Source: an uncultured cyanobacterium
GTDB taxonomy: Bacteria > Cyanobacteriota > Cyanobacteriia > CACIAM-69d
Length of the DNA stretch: 31,374 nucleotides
NCBI GenBank assembly: GCA_937894105.1
Contig: CALCTI010000371.1
Span: forward strand, 1-31,374
Direction of reading: 5' to 3'
The translations under genes and the position numbers were made by a program. The notes below the pieces were generated by a model, which made no database searches, was not told where the DNA came from, and was given only the letters and a program-made list of their open reading frames with translations. Positions within the stretch are counted from its first letter, which is position 1, and each line of letters begins with the position of its first letter. Of the stretch, positions 18,274-31,262 are shown piece by piece.

Positions 18274-18595
18274 GGGACAGAAGCCTTATACAGTGGGGAG
18301 TACACGCCCTAGCATCGCTGTGGGCAAATTGTTTTATGGGTCCGAAAAATCGGGTCGAGCTGGAGAAAACCTGGCACGGATCGACACTTTGGTGGGCAAC
18401 AGTGTGGTGTCGCATTATGACGCCGACACCGCGCTTCAGTACGGGCACATCAAAAATGGGCTAAAAATCAAAGGAAACTCCATCCCTGAAAACGATATTT
18501 GGATTGCAGCTTTGGCGATGCGGCATGATTTAATTTTGGTCACCCGCGATGCCCATTTTCAAAAGATTGACAGTTTACGGGTGACCACATGGTGA
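18260..18595 (+). pseudogene. VapC/PIN-domain toxin, N-terminally truncated
   Basis: PSIAVG(K)LFYG, IPENDIWIAALA and LVTRDAHF present; N-terminal LLDTN with the first catalytic Asp is absent and the GEL Glu reads Lys. Confidence 0.85.
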
Positions 18596-18705
18596 AAATG
18601 ACGATTTATAAAATCCGTTTATAAAAAATGACGGTGGGAAAAAGGGCAGGACGGAGTATTATGGTTGTCTGTCAATTTGTTTATACACCGTCCTTATACC
18701 TAGCA

Positions 18706-18972
18706 ATGGTCAAGATTCGCCTTAAGCGCTTTGGAAAGAAACGCGAAGTTAGCTACCGTATCGTTGCGGCCCAAAGCACTTCTCGCCGTGATGGTCGCCC
18801 CCTAGAGGAGTTGGGATATTACAATCCCCGTACCGATGAAACTCGCCTAGAGGTGCCGGCGATCGTGCGTCGTTTGGAGCAGGGAGCCCAACCCACTGAT
18901 ACGGTTCGTCGCCTTTTGGAAAAGGCTAATATTTTTGAACAGGTGAAGACCGCGAGCAAGGCTGAAGCATAG
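18706..18972 (+). CDS. rpsP: 30S ribosomal protein S16
   Basis: [12 protein letters not shown]...[15 protein letters not shown]; true ATG at 18706. Confidence 0.99.
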   Translation: MVKIRLKRFGKKREVSYRIVAAQSTSRRDGRPLEELGYYNPRTDETRLEVPAIVRRLEQGAQPTDTVRRLLEKANIFEQVKTASKAEA

Positions 18973-19083
18973 GCTTACTGCTATTGGGGGATTTTTTAAC
19001 GCCTCAGCAGTTTGTCTTAGCCGGCCTATTGCTATCTCGGGGCAATGTCCTGATTTATTGGCAGTTTAGTTAATGGTGGGTCC

Positions 19084-19458
19084 GTGTCTTCTTCTCTTGA
19101 AAATCCAGCCGTGCCCGACTATCCAGCCCTAGTGCGGTTTTTCCTGGAGCCGCTGTTAGAGGCTCCGGATTCTTTGACCGTAGATTGCGAATCGATGCCC
19201 AACCGCAATCGCGTATGGGTTCGGGTGGCGTTGGCGGAAGGCGATCGCGGTCGAGCCGTGGGACGAGACGGTCGTACCCTCCAGGCGCTGAGAGCGGTAG
19301 TGGGTCAAGCGGCAACCGTAGCTGGGCAGCGAGCAACGGTGGAGGTTTACGGGGAGCGTTCCCAAAGTCGAGGAGATGGCGGCGACCGGGCTGGGCGATC
19401 GCCTCGCCGGGGGCCCTCATCTCGATCAACCCCAAGACCTCGTCGCCGGGATCAGTAG
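19084..19458 (+). CDS. khpA: KH-domain RNA-binding protein (KhpA/YlqC family)
   Basis: DRGRAVGRDGRTLQALR KH-type motif; located directly after rpsP. Confidence 0.88.
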   Translation: MSSSLENPAVPDYPALVRFFLEPLLEAPDSLTVDCESMPNRNRVWVRVALAEGDRGRAVGRDGRTLQALRAVVGQAATVAGQRATVEVYGERSQSRGDGGDRAGRSPRRGPSSRSTPRPRRRDQ

Positions 19459-19555
19459 TTGTCGAGATTAATAGTGGCCGAGATTGGTAGTCACCGAAAT
19501 TAGTAGTCGCTAAGATTAATGGTCATCGAGAGTCGTCGAGATCAGTGACCAAAAT
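19453..19555. repeat. Degenerate ~16-bp tandem repeat (consensus ~TAGTAGTYRYCGAGAT), four full and about three eroded units
   Basis: cagtagttgtcgagat / taatagtggccgagat / tggtagtcaccgaaat / tagtagtcgctaagat / taatggtcatcgag / agtcgtcgagat. Confidence 0.8.
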
Positions 19556-19604
19556 ATTTATGGCTAGAAAATTTTAGATGATCTAGTCTGGAAGAAGCAC
19601 AAGC

Positions 19605-20693
19605 TTGCGTACGCTTGAATTTTTTCACAGTAGATATAGATATAAATTTCACTTGGCCAATTTTAATTTGGAGTTGCCAACCCCCGAAAGTGCCGTGGCG
19701 TTGGCGGGCTATCGCGAAGAGAATTTAAAGCAATTAGCGCATTTAACGGGCACAACAGTGGTCCTGCGCGGACAGCAGGTGTGTGTTGCGGGGCAGGATA
19801 AGCAGGTGGCCCAGTGCGAGGCATTGGTGCGATCGCTAGAGCCCTATTGGTCCAAGGGGCAGCGAGTGGACGGTGCCGATATTTTGACCGCTCGCCATGC
19901 GCTAGATACCCAGCGCCAGGCAGAGTTACAGTCCATTCAAACTGACGCGATCGCCACCACCCGTCGCGGCGAAGTGGTCCGAGCCAAAACCTTTCGCCAG
20001 CGGCAATATATTCAAGCCCTGCGGAAACAGGATTTGATTTTTTGCATAGGCCCAGCCGGTACGGGAAAAACATTTTTGGCGGCGATATTAGCCTTGAAGG
20101 CCCTACTCGCCGGTGAATTTGAGCGGTTGATTTTGACGCGTCCGGCGGTGGAAGCGGGGGAGCGGCTGGGATTTTTACCCGGAGATTTACAACAAAAGGT
20201 AGATCCTTACCTGCGCCCCCTGTACGATGCACTGCACGAAATGGTGGACCCGGAAAAGGTTAATAGCTTGATGGAGCGGGGGGTGATCGAAATTGCGCCG
20301 TTGGCCTATATGCGTGGGCGCACCTTGAATCGATCCTTTGTAATTTTGGATGAAGCGCAAAATACAACGCCGGCCCAAATGAAAATGGTGTTGACTCGCC
20401 TGGGCTGGCAGTCGCGCATGGTGGTGACCGGGGATATTACCCAAACGGACTTGCCCACCTATCAACAGTCGGGCATGGCGATCGCCCAGAAAATCCTAAG
20501 CGGCACCGACGGCATTGCCTTTTGCCAACTAACGAAAGCCGACGTGGTGCGCCATCCCCTGGTGCAAAAAATCGTGGCGGCTTACGAAAAATATGACGAA
20601 AAACGCCCCCCAGAGAAATCCAACAAAATTCCGGGCAAAACTCCGGGCAAAACCCAGAGAAACAACGGTCGCCCACCCTATGGCGGCAGATAG
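19605..20693 (+). CDS. phoH: PhoH family ATPase (PhoH-like/YbeZ); start uncertain
   Basis: Walker A GPAGTGKT, RPAVEAGERLGFLPGDL, YMRGRTL, ILDEAQN, VVRHPLVQKIV. Confidence 0.95.
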   Translation: MRTLEFFHSRYRYKFHLANFNLELPTPESAVALAGYREENLKQLAHLTGTTVVLRGQQVCVAGQDKQVAQCEALVRSLEPYWSKGQRVDGADILTARHALDTQRQAELQSIQTDAIATTRRGEVVRAKTFRQRQYIQALRKQDLIFCIGPAGTGKTFLAAILALKALLAGEFERLILTRPAVEAGERLGFLPGDLQQKVDPYLRPLYDALHEMVDPEKVNSLMERGVIEIAPLAYMRGRTLNRSFVILDEAQNTTPAQMKMVLTRLGWQSRMVVTGDITQTDLPTYQQSGMAIAQKILSGTDGIAFCQLTKADVVRHPLVQKIVAAYEKYDEKRPPEKSNKIPGKTPGKTQRNNGRPPYGGR

Positions 20694-20769
20694 GCAACAC
20701 ACAGGAGGCAGAGAGCGAAATTTGCCACGTCTGTGGGCAACGCGCCTAAAGTGCCTCCTAAAGACCCCT

Positions 20770-21303
20770 CTAAATTTCGTGGAAGTCGTAAAGCACAACG
20801 CCGCTGTTGGGATCGTTACCGATGCTCACGTAGCCAGACTTCAGCATTTGGGACAGAACCGCTTCCACCTTGTCAAAATCCAATCCCGTAGCCATCACCC
20901 CCTGGGTCACTGACAGCTTGCCGCCGTATTGACTCGCCGCCTGGACCAACTGCTTCATAATTTCCCCCTCCGTCAGCTCCGCTTTGGGCATGGCCGCCAC
21001 AGCCTGGGTTGTGCCGACGCCGGGATAATAACCGCTGAGGAGGGCACGACGTTTTAAATTGTGCTCGTCCACCATTTCCGGGATTAGAAACAGGTCAATG
21101 AATTGCCCGAAGCCAAACCAGCCCCAGGTGATGAGCCATAGGAAGCCGGTGCCCACTTTCCCGTTGTAAAACCGGTGGACCCCGGAAACGCCGAATAGAC
21201 AAACTAGCCACAACAAATAGCTGGTGGCAACACTGGTTTGCCCAGACCTTGGCTGAGAATTTTGCGGAGCGATCGCCCGTCCATTCTTCTTTCCCAAACT
21301 CAT
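20770..21303 (-). CDS. TM2 (NINE) domain membrane protein with a C-terminal winged-helix-like domain
   Basis: SYLLWLVCLFGVSGVHRFYNGK...GQFIDLFLIP; C-terminal GGKLSVTQGVMATG; ATG 21303 or 21315 more plausible than 21495. Confidence 0.85.
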   Translation of the reverse strand: MSLGKKNGRAIAPQNSQPRSGQTSVATSYLLWLVCLFGVSGVHRFYNGKVGTGFLWLITWGWFGFGQFIDLFLIPEMVDEHNLKRRALLSGYYPGVGTTQAVAAMPKAELTEGEIMKQLVQAASQYGGKLSVTQGVMATGLDFDKVEAVLSQMLKSGYVSIGNDPNSGVVLYDFHEI

Positions 21304-21712
21304 ACTTCCCACCATTTTCAGCCCACCATTGTTACTCGCGATACCAGCAGCCTTAACAAATCCACTTGTTTTAACTTTAGCGCGATCGCCCCTAAACCCT
21401 GATCCCCCCCAACCACCTTCAAAATAGTCCCCGAACCGACCGCCCCCGGTAATTTCGCCCCCTATAGACTTACTCCTTTTTAAAGGTTTATGCATGGCAA
21501 AGTTCTAGAAAATCGCAAGGAATATTACTGGAAAGAAAAAGTTTTAGTAACACTTAACGTCAAATCCACACCGCCTCAAAAAGGTCTTGGTAGACTATGG
21601 CCTAATGAGGAAAAGCTAGCTGGTTTGCCGTGACGGCTTCGCCAGCAAAGTAGGGTGAGAAACGCCCGGAAATAATACAGAGACTAGAGTCTAAATAGAG
21701 TTGTAAATATTC

Positions 21713-22792
21713 ATGGTTAACTCCCTCGAAAAGCAGGCAGCGTCGCCAAAAGTGGACTCGAAGAGGCCGTCCAAGGAAACCATCCTGACGCCTCGCTTCT
21801 ACACCACCGACTTTGAAGCCATGGCGGAGATGGATATTTCCGTCAATGTGGAAGAATTAGAAGCGATCATCGAAGAATTTCGCGTGGACTACAACCGCCA
21901 CCACTTTGTGCGCGACGCGGAATTTGAAAAATCCTGGGATTCGATTCAGGGAGAAACTCGCGAACTATTTATTGAGTTTCTAGAGCGCTCCTGCACCGCT
22001 GAATTTTCCGGATTCCTGCTTTACAAGGAGCTATCGCGCAAGCTCAAAGAGCGCAGCCCCATCTTGGCAGAAGGCTTCAAGCTCATGTCCCGCGACGAAG
22101 CGCGCCACGCCGGGTTCCTCAACAAAGCCATGTCCGACTTTAACTTGGCATTGGATCTAGGGTTCCTCACCAAGTCGAAGAAGTACACTTTCTTTGCGCC
22201 TAAGTTTATTTTCTACGCCACCTACCTGTCGGAGCGCATTGGTTACTGGCGTTATATCAAGATTTATCGTCACCTGGAGAAGCACCCCGAAGACCGGATT
22301 TATCCCCTTTTCCGCTTCTTCGAGAATTGGTGCCAGGATGAGAACCGTCACGGGGACTTCTTTGATGCCCTACTTCAGGCGAATCCTCAATTTTTGAAGG
22401 GTCTTAAGGCGCGCCTATGGTGCCGTTTCTTCCTGCTGTCGGTGTTCGCCACCATGTACCTGAATGACCTGATGCGTAGCGGTTTCTACAAGTCCATCGG
22501 GTTGGACGCTCGCACCTACGACAAAGGGGTGATTGAGAAGACCAACGAAACGGCAGGGCGTGTATTCCCCGTAATTTTGGATGTGGATCACCCTGATTTC
22601 TACGGTTTGTTGGAGAAGTGCGCGGCGAATAATGTCAAGCTGGGTGAAATTGCTGAGTCTAACGGACCTAAGGCGCTTCAGCTTATGCGCAAGCTGCCTC
22701 TGTATCTCAACACCGGCGTCAACTTGATTCGGATGTATTTCATCAAGCCCATCCGCACTGATTTGTCGAAGCAAGTTAGTCCCGTGCGTTAA
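21713..22792 (+). CDS. acsF: Mg-protoporphyrin IX monomethyl ester oxidative cyclase
   Basis: [52 protein letters not shown] di-iron motifs. Confidence 0.99.
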   Translation: MVNSLEKQAASPKVDSKRPSKETILTPRFYTTDFEAMAEMDISVNVEELEAIIEEFRVDYNRHHFVRDAEFEKSWDSIQGETRELFIEFLERSCTAEFSGFLLYKELSRKLKERSPILAEGFKLMSRDEARHAGFLNKAMSDFNLALDLGFLTKSKKYTFFAPKFIFYATYLSERIGYWRYIKIYRHLEKHPEDRIYPLFRFFENWCQDENRHGDFFDALLQANPQFLKGLKARLWCRFFLLSVFATMYLNDLMRSGFYKSIGLDARTYDKGVIEKTNETAGRVFPVILDVDHPDFYGLLEKCAANNVKLGEIAESNGPKALQLMRKLPLYLNTGVNLIRMYFIKPIRTDLSKQVSPVR

Positions 22793-22835
22793 ATGGCGTC
22801 TCCAGTAATTACCGCCGTTGACTAATTTATGTTGT

Positions 22836-22872
22836 AAAGCCCTCAAGTGCCCAGTGCATTTTGGGGGCTTTT
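22836..22872 (+). terminator. Stem-loop or terminator after acsF
   Basis: AAAGCCCTCAAGTGC-CCAGT-GCATTTTGGGGGCTTT imperfect inverted repeat. Confidence 0.6.
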
Positions 22873-23113
22873 GAATTGTGCTGATTTTAATCGTTGGTGG
22901 TTACGGCTGTGGCGATCGCCTTTCTCCCTGTAAGCAGGGCATTGGGCGTAACTGGGGTATGGCTAGGACCGCCCTATTAACGACAAAAACATGGGGCGAT
23001 CACCCATCATCCTCGCTGGGTACCATGCTGATTTGTACTCTGTAGCCTTGCACAAATGGAATCAGGCTTTATTATTAGGACCAGTGTGGTGTGATTGAGT
23101 GTAGAGGATAGTT

Positions 23114-23815
23114 ATGCTAGCCAGACTTTCGTCCGAGAGCCGGGTTGGGCGATCGCAAGAACGGCGAAAGCTGTGGCATTACAGTGCCCGCCGTCTCGAT
23201 GCTAACGCCATTCAACGGGGATTTGATATTATTTTCTCCACGTTTGTGCTGGTGTTTTGTTCGCCAATTTATTTGATTTTGGCTGTGGCGATCGCCATCA
23301 GATCCCCCGGCCCCGTATTAAATTACAAAACACTCGTAGGTAGAAACTTTAAGCGATTTCGCTGCATCAAATTTCGCACCATGGTTACCAACGCCGACGA
23401 AATTTTGCAACACCTTCTAGAAACCGACTCCGCCGCCCGCCACGAATTTGAAACCACCTACAAACTCAAAAAAGACCCGCGCATCACCTGGATTGGTCAA
23501 TTCCTACGCATTACCAGCCTCGATGAATTTCCCCAATTTTGGAACGTTCTCAAGGGGGAGATGAGCGTCGTAGGTCCTCGTCCGCTAGTACCAGAAGAGC
23601 TGCCCATGTACGGTCGTCATATTCGGCGAGTGCTCACGGTACGCCCCGGCGTCACCGGGCTATGGCAAGTGTCTGGGCGCAATAACATTCCCTACGATCG
23701 CCGGGTGCTGATGGACGTGTACTACGCCTCCACCCGCCACCTGTTAATGGACCTGTGGATTATCCTCAAAACCTTTGGCGTCGTTTTTTCCGTTAAGGAC
23801 AACGGTGCCTATTAA
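23114..23815 (+). CDS. Priming polyprenyl-phosphate sugar transferase (Bac_transf; WcaJ/RfbP-like, short form)
   Basis: [64 protein letters not shown]. Confidence 0.95.
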   Translation: MLARLSSESRVGRSQERRKLWHYSARRLDANAIQRGFDIIFSTFVLVFCSPIYLILAVAIAIRSPGPVLNYKTLVGRNFKRFRCIKFRTMVTNADEILQHLLETDSAARHEFETTYKLKKDPRITWIGQFLRITSLDEFPQFWNVLKGEMSVVGPRPLVPEELPMYGRHIRRVLTVRPGVTGLWQVSGRNNIPYDRRVLMDVYYASTRHLLMDLWIILKTFGVVFSVKDNGAY

Positions 23816-23989
23816 CACTTCGACAGCCTTGGGCGTTGGCGGTCTATAAGGCTTTCTTAACCGTTCGGAATCATAGGCTATGTTGGTGAAGACTTGAGAG
23901 TCTACTGTGGCCTCGTGGGAATACTTGAAAATACCGAAGGATAAAGCCGTCGATTGTGAGGCGATTTCGCACTACGCCGCCCCACATAA

Positions 23990-25138
<1,149 letters not shown>

Positions 25139-25170
25139 GGCACGGTAGTGATTACGACAAAAGTCCCATG

Positions 25171-26279
<1,109 letters not shown>

Positions 26280-26307
26280 ACCACCAACCGATCCACTCCC
26301 CGTAAAC

Positions 26308-26349
26308 AATAAGCGCCCGAGATTGCAGTGTTGATCTCGGGCGCTTATT
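26308..26349. terminator. Bidirectional terminator between convergent fcl and ylmG
   Basis: Perfect 16-bp inverted repeat AATAAGCGCCCGAGAT / ATCTCGGGCGCTTATT. Confidence 0.85.
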
Positions 26350-26389
26350 CATGTGGCGCGTTTTATTTCAAATTCAATAACGGTGATCT

Positions 26390-26644
26390 TTAAATCAAAC
26401 CGGACACAAGCTGTAGCACTAAGATTGCCGCCATGGGAGATAAATCAAGCCCACCAAGGGGGGGAATAAACGAGCGAAACAGATTTAGATAAGGATCCGT
26501 TAGCTGGGTCAAGATGGAAAACGGCGGGTCAAACCAATTGATATTGGGAAACCAGCTCAGCAAGATTCGAATGATTAGGATAACCGTGTAAATCGATAGA
26601 AACTGGGCCAAAGTTCCAGTTAATAGGTCTAGGGACGCTTCCAT
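26390..26644 (-). CDS. ylmG: YggT family membrane protein (YlmG)
   Basis: RILLSWFP, LTDPYLNLFRSFIPPLGGLDLSP. Confidence 0.93.
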   Translation of the reverse strand: MEASLDLLTGTLAQFLSIYTVILIIRILLSWFPNINWFDPPFSILTQLTDPYLNLFRSFIPPLGGLDLSPMAAILVLQLVSGLI

Positions 26645-26792
26645 ACTTTTCCTTTTCTCCTCGAATTGCCTGGGACAATCCTCTGAAATTTGCCTAATCT
26701 CAACTTAGTTTAACAGAGTCGCCCTAGACCCATTGCCGGGAAAAGGCGACGAAATCTTGCGGAAAACCGCCCAGTCACCAGCCCAGAGACGA

Positions 26793-26877
26793 CAACAGGT
26801 CCCATCGTCGGAATTATTTTGGACCGTTCTACAGCAACAGGTCCCATCGTCGGGATTATTTTGGACCGTTCTACAGC
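26793..26877. repeat. 42-bp tandem duplication with one mismatch, abutting the htrA stop codon
   Basis: CAACAGGTCCCATCGTCGG(A/G)ATTATTTTGGACCGTTCTACAG at 26793-26834 and 26835-26876. Confidence 0.97.
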
Positions 26878-26878
26878 T

Positions 26879-28237
26879 CTACTCCTGACCTTCCACATTG
26901 CCTACGGTGCCCGTTACCACCTCAACGGTCAGATTCTCACCGTCGCGGTGAATATCCAGGGTCATCGGATTGCCAACCCCAGCCGCTTCAACAGCTTGTT
27001 GCACTTCAATAGCTTCTTTAATCTCTTTACCTTGAGCCTTAAAGATAACGTCTCCCGGACGCAGTCCAGCCTCGGCGGCAGGGGACTCAGGTACCACTTG
27101 AACCACTAGCACCCCTTCGTCAATATCCAAGCGAACGGTGCTGTTGGGAGAGGAATTAACTTCCTCCTTAACCTCTGGCGTCAGCGCCACCATACGAATC
27201 CCCAGGAAGGGGTGATCCACTTTGCCCTTGGTAATAATTTGCTCGGCAATTTGGCGGGCGCGGTTAATGGGGATGGCAAATCCTAAACCCTGGGCACCGC
27301 GAATAATGGCGGTATTGATGCCAATAACGCGTCCCTGTTCGTCAATCAAGGGTCCGCCGGAATTGCCGGGGTTAATGGCGGCATCGGTTTGGATAAAGTT
27401 CACCCGCTTATCGGGAATGCCCACTTCACTGCTGGAGCGACCAGTGGCGCTGACGATGCCGGTGGTGACGGTGTTGTCTAATCCTAAGGGGTTGCCGATC
27501 GCGATCGCCCACTGTCCCGGCTGAAGCTCTTCGGAGTTGGCAAAGGACACCGTTGGCAACCCCTCAGCCTCAACCTTAATAACAGCCACATCAGTGACCG
27601 AATCTGAGCCCAGCACTTTCCCCGGCAGTTCGCGCCCATCTTTTAAGGTCACTTTGACCGTGTCAGCCCCTTCAATCACGTGGGCATTGGTAAAAATTTG
27701 GCCGTCGGAGCTGACGATAAACCCGGAGCCAGAGCCGCTCTGCTGGCGTTCTCGGCTGCGGCGCGGCATATCCTCCCCCAAAAAGCGCCGGAAAAATGGG
27801 TTATCAAAGGGGTCATTAGAAGATTGGCGTACGGTGCGGGATGCGTCGATGCGCACCACCGACGGGCCCACTGACTGCACAACGCTGGTGACAAAATTAC
27901 CGCCAATTTTGCCGGGGATCGTATTGCCTTGGTTGTTGGGATCGCCAGCGCGGTCAGCTGCCTCCAGAGAGGCGGACGCCTCGGGAGCTGTTTCTGCGGC
28001 GTTGTCTCCGTCCGCCGCTGGCAATAGGTTGATGTCAAGTAGTTCGGTACAGCCTGCGCCTAAATCGACTAGGGAAAGAGACAGTAGGGCTTTTTTCCAC
28101 ATGGGTTCCTTGTTGGGATACTTTGCGTTTATGGGCGTATTTGCAGGGCGGGGCGCTGAATCGAGAGTAAGACTCGAGGGTGCTTTGGGGGACGACGCTT
28201 TAGGGTCGCGGACAGGGGAAGGCTGGTGGGTCAGCAT
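26879..28237 (-). CDS. HtrA/DegP family serine protease with one PDZ domain (HtrA/HhoA/HhoB group); start 28237 or 28102
   Basis: Catalytic triad TNAHV / TDVAV / GNSGGP, IQTDAAINPG, PDZ region HPFLGIRM...SPAAEAGLRPGDVI. Confidence 0.96.
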   Translation of the reverse strand: MLTHQPSPVRDPKASSPKAPSSLTLDSAPRPANTPINAKYPNKEPMWKKALLSLSLVDLGAGCTELLDINLLPAADGDNAAETAPEASASLEAADRAGDPNNQGNTIPGKIGGNFVTSVVQSVGPSVVRIDASRTVRQSSNDPFDNPFFRRFLGEDMPRRSRERQQSGSGSGFIVSSDGQIFTNAHVIEGADTVKVTLKDGRELPGKVLGSDSVTDVAVIKVEAEGLPTVSFANSEELQPGQWAIAIGNPLGLDNTVTTGIVSATGRSSSEVGIPDKRVNFIQTDAAINPGNSGGPLIDEQGRVIGINTAIIRGAQGLGFAIPINRARQIAEQIITKGKVDHPFLGIRMVALTPEVKEEVNSSPNSTVRLDIDEGVLVVQVVPESPAAEAGLRPGDVIFKAQGKEIKEAIEVQQAVEAAGVGNPMTLDIHRDGENLTVEVVTGTVGNVEGQE

Positions 28238-28435
28238 GACGGCTCCGTAGATCTTCAGTGTAACCCCGTTTCTCAGGCGTGTTTGGGGCGGTTTCCCTTA
28301 ACCTACGGAACCCGTTTGTCATTGGGATGACGACGGGACGTCAAGGGTGTGTCAGTTAAGCTGTGCCGTTAAAGGGGCGTTGTCCCAAAGTTACTAAGCG
28401 GCGCGTTTAGGCTACTGCTGAGCTGTGCCCTTAGG

Positions 28436-29761
28436 CTACGTTAAAGGGCGATCGCGATGGGTAAACCCTTTGGCATCGGCTCCGCTGTAGGTGGCAGCAA
28501 TATGACCGTTGCCCACCAGTTGGTATTTATAGGTGCCCACGCCTTCCAGTCCCCCCGGTCCCCGAGGGGCTAAGCGGCTGGTGCTAATGCCCACCTCTGC
28601 CCCAAAGCCGTAGCGGAACCCATCGGAAAAGCGAGTGGAGCAGTTGTGAACTACCCCGGCAGCGTCCACTTCTGCCAGGAATCGATCCGCAGTGGGTTGG
28701 TCTTGGGTGGCGATCGCCTCCGTATGTCCAGACCCGTACTCGGCAATATGGGCCAGGGCCTGATCCAAGTGGTCAACGATCCGAATGGACACCACTAAAT
28801 CGCTGTATTCTGTGGACCAATCTTCGGCGGTGGCAGCGATCGCCAAAGCTCCCGCCCCTTGCAAAATATCCAACGACATCCCATCACCGCGCATTTCAAC
28901 CCCTTTATCGGTCAATGCCTTGCCCATCGCCGGAAGAAAATCCGCGGCTACTCCCCGGTGTACCAACACCGTTTCCAGAGCGTTGCAAGCAGATGGATAT
29001 TGAGTTTTGGCGTCAACCACTAAGTTGACCGTTTGGGGAATATCCGCGGACCGATCCACATACAGATGACAAATGCCATCAGCGTGCCCCAACACTGGAA
29101 TCCGCGTATTGTCCTGGACGTAGCGCACAAATGAATTGGACCCGCGCGGAATAATCAAATCCACGTCCTGGTCCAGATGCAGCAGCTCCAGGGTTTCCTG
29201 ACGCGTGGTCAAAAGCTGCACGGCATTGGGATCAATGCCCACCTGATCCAATCCCTGATGAATTGCCGCCACCAAAGCCGTGCACGCTCGCACCGCCTCG
29301 CGACCGCCTTTTAAAATCACCCCATTACCCGACTTAATCGCCAACGTGGCAATTTGCACCACCGCATCCGGTCGCGCCTCAAAAATCACCCCCAACACGC
29401 CCAAGGGACAGGTCAGTCGCTTTAGCACCAGCCCGTCGTCCAATTCCCGATGGATTTGCATCGCCCCCAAGGGATCCGGGAGCTGGGCTAAATCTCGCAC
29501 CCCAGCAATCACCCCTTCGTATTTACTATCAGTCAGTTTCAGCCGCCCATACAGCGCCGATGAAATGCCATCCTCCTGAGCAACGCGGCAATCTTCAGCG
29601 TTTGCGCCCAGGATTGTGTCTTTTCGTGCGCCTAGGGCTTCCGCGATCGCCCCCAGCGCCCCATTGCGAGCTTCAAGGGGCTGAATGGCCAGGAGTCGTG
29701 CCGCTGTCCGTGTGCGCCGTGCCCGCGTTGCCAAAGAATCCGATGCCGTTGCTACTGTCAT
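28436..29761 (-). CDS. proA: Gamma-glutamyl phosphate reductase
   Basis: [60 protein letters not shown]. Confidence 0.98.
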   Translation of the reverse strand: MTVATASDSLATRARRTRTAARLLAIQPLEARNGALGAIAEALGARKDTILGANAEDCRVAQEDGISSALYGRLKLTDSKYEGVIAGVRDLAQLPDPLGAMQIHRELDDGLVLKRLTCPLGVLGVIFEARPDAVVQIATLAIKSGNGVILKGGREAVRACTALVAAIHQGLDQVGIDPNAVQLLTTRQETLELLHLDQDVDLIIPRGSNSFVRYVQDNTRIPVLGHADGICHLYVDRSADIPQTVNLVVDAKTQYPSACNALETVLVHRGVAADFLPAMGKALTDKGVEMRGDGMSLDILQGAGALAIAATAEDWSTEYSDLVVSIRIVDHLDQALAHIAEYGSGHTEAIATQDQPTADRFLAEVDAAGVVHNCSTRFSDGFRYGFGAEVGISTSRLAPRGPGGLEGVGTYKYQLVGNGHIAATYSGADAKGFTHRDRPLT

Positions 29762-29803
29762 CTCGATTTCGTCGTTACTACGTCCCTCAGTGAGTTAATA
29801 AAA

Positions 29804-30454
29804 CTAAGTGCCAAAGGTGCGATCACCCGCATCCCCCAACCCCGGCACAATCCAACCTTGCTCATTGACCTGCTCATCAATGGTGCCCGTGTAAATCACC
29901 AAACCGGGATAGGCGCCATTTAACTGTTGCAACGCTGGGGGAGCTGCCACCACCGACACAATGCGAATTTGATCCGGCGTCAAACCGCGATCGCTCAACT
30001 TTGCCATCGTTTTCATAATGGATCCCCCCGTAGCCAACATGGGCTCCGCCACCAACACCAGCACCCCCTCGGGAAACTTATCCGGCAACCGGTTGAGGTA
30101 GCAGGAACATTCCAACGTCTCCTCATTACGCTCCAGCCCCAGGTGATACACCGACGCTAGGGGCACAATAGGCTGCATCCCCTCCAGCAGGGACAGCCCT
30201 GCCCGCAACACCGGCACAATTGCCATGGGCACCTGGGGGTTAATAAACTGCGCCGTCCCCATACCCACCGGCGTTTCCACCCGGGTCTCCACCACCGGCA
30301 ACCACTCCCGCAGGGCCTCGTAGGTTAACCAGCGCCCCAGCTCTGACATTGCCGTCCGAAACAGGGGCGTCGGGGCTTGGGCGTCTCGCGCCACCCCCAG
30401 CCAGTGCTGAATCAAGGGATGGGGGGGAACGTAAACACGCAGTTGCAGGGGCAT
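29804..30454 (-). CDS. upp: Uracil phosphoribosyltransferase
   Basis: PPHPLI, VPVLRAGL, EPMLATGGS, IVPGLGDAGDRTFGT. Confidence 0.98.
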   Translation of the reverse strand: MPLQLRVYVPPHPLIQHWLGVARDAQAPTPLFRTAMSELGRWLTYEALREWLPVVETRVETPVGMGTAQFINPQVPMAIVPVLRAGLSLLEGMQPIVPLASVYHLGLERNEETLECSCYLNRLPDKFPEGVLVLVAEPMLATGGSIMKTMAKLSDRGLTPDQIRIVSVVAAPPALQQLNGAYPGLVIYTGTIDEQVNEQGWIVPGLGDAGDRTFGT

Positions 30455-30716
30455 GGGTCGCTGGAAAGTTGCTAAATGGCTGTATTAAAGGGAATCGAAA
30501 GTATTGGCAATCTTACCGTTTGGGCGATCGCTCCGATTGTCGTAGCAAGTTATCGTCAAAAAATTATCAGCCGGCGCCATCGCAACACACCGCCGCAACA
30601 AAGCGCAACCTTTTCGCGAATCATCTCAAACCACCCATTGGCGAGGACTCCACCACCCTTGCTTAACGCCCTTTTGGTAGCCTCAGGCTAGGAAGTTGGA
30701 AAAGATTCGCAATAGT

Positions 30717-30747
30717 ATTGACATTCAATTTCAATTAGAGATATATT
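30717..30747 (+). promoter_or_regulatory. Sigma70-type promoter overlapped by a Fur-box-like 9-1-9 palindrome (copy 1)
   Basis: TTGACA-N18-TATATT; ATTGACATT-C-AATTTCAAT with 8/9 symmetric arms. Confidence 0.75.
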
Positions 30748-30755
30748 AATTCTCG

Positions 30756-30834
30756 AGAAAAGGCAGAAATGAAATGTTCTCCTCTCTAGTAAACGGGTAA
30801 TGGGGCTGACCAGTTTGGCTGGCCCGCTTTTTTT
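30756..30834 (+). ncRNA. isaR1: IsaR1-like iron-stress sRNA, copy 1
   Basis: TGTTCTCCTCTCT core matches the recalled IsaR1 5' seed; Fur-type promoter, GC hairpin plus T7 terminator, adjacent to upp; no substantial ORF. Confidence 0.65.
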
Positions 30835-31262
30835 GCCTATTTTTTGATTGGCTTTCATGATTCCTCCCCCGCCTCTCCCCTCTTGCGCCCTACACTGTCC
30901 CTATAAATCAGTGTTTACACTGTCGCTGCCCATGCCCATCAGTCCACCCTGGGGCGATCGCCACAATGCAGCCTCCCCAAGGAAAATCTTTTTCAGATTA
31001 CTTTTTCAGATTATCTATAATTATTTTCATTAGGACGAACCCCAACTAAGCTTTAAACCCAAAAATAAGATCTGGGAGCTGAACCTCACCACCCAAGCCA
31101 TCGAGTTAGAGTTCTCCACACGGCTTTAGCGCATAAAGGGGGCTGCATCTATATCGACGATTCGTAGGATCGGGAGGGCGATCTTGGGGCCACTTCAGCG
31201 TCACTTCAGGGGTCAAAACAGCTCAAGACAATCGCCATCGAAAAGCTCCTAGAAAAAGATTC

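Noticed and set aside
19453-19555. CRISPR array interpretation of the tandem repeats (also 11391-11447, 25171-25220, 26793-26877)
   Set aside because: Units are directly adjacent with no unique spacers, and no cas genes are present
20625-20652. 12-bp repeat (CCGGGCAAAA core) in the PhoH tail encoding IPGKTPGKT
   Set aside because: Small in-frame slippage in a disordered C-terminus; no sign of function
21304-21495. Gly-rich N-terminal extension of the TM2 ORF; also ORF-track extensions of rpsP, tsf, fcl, slipin and the RNase
   Set aside because: Homology begins at downstream starts, some with better SD sequences; extensions look like open UTR
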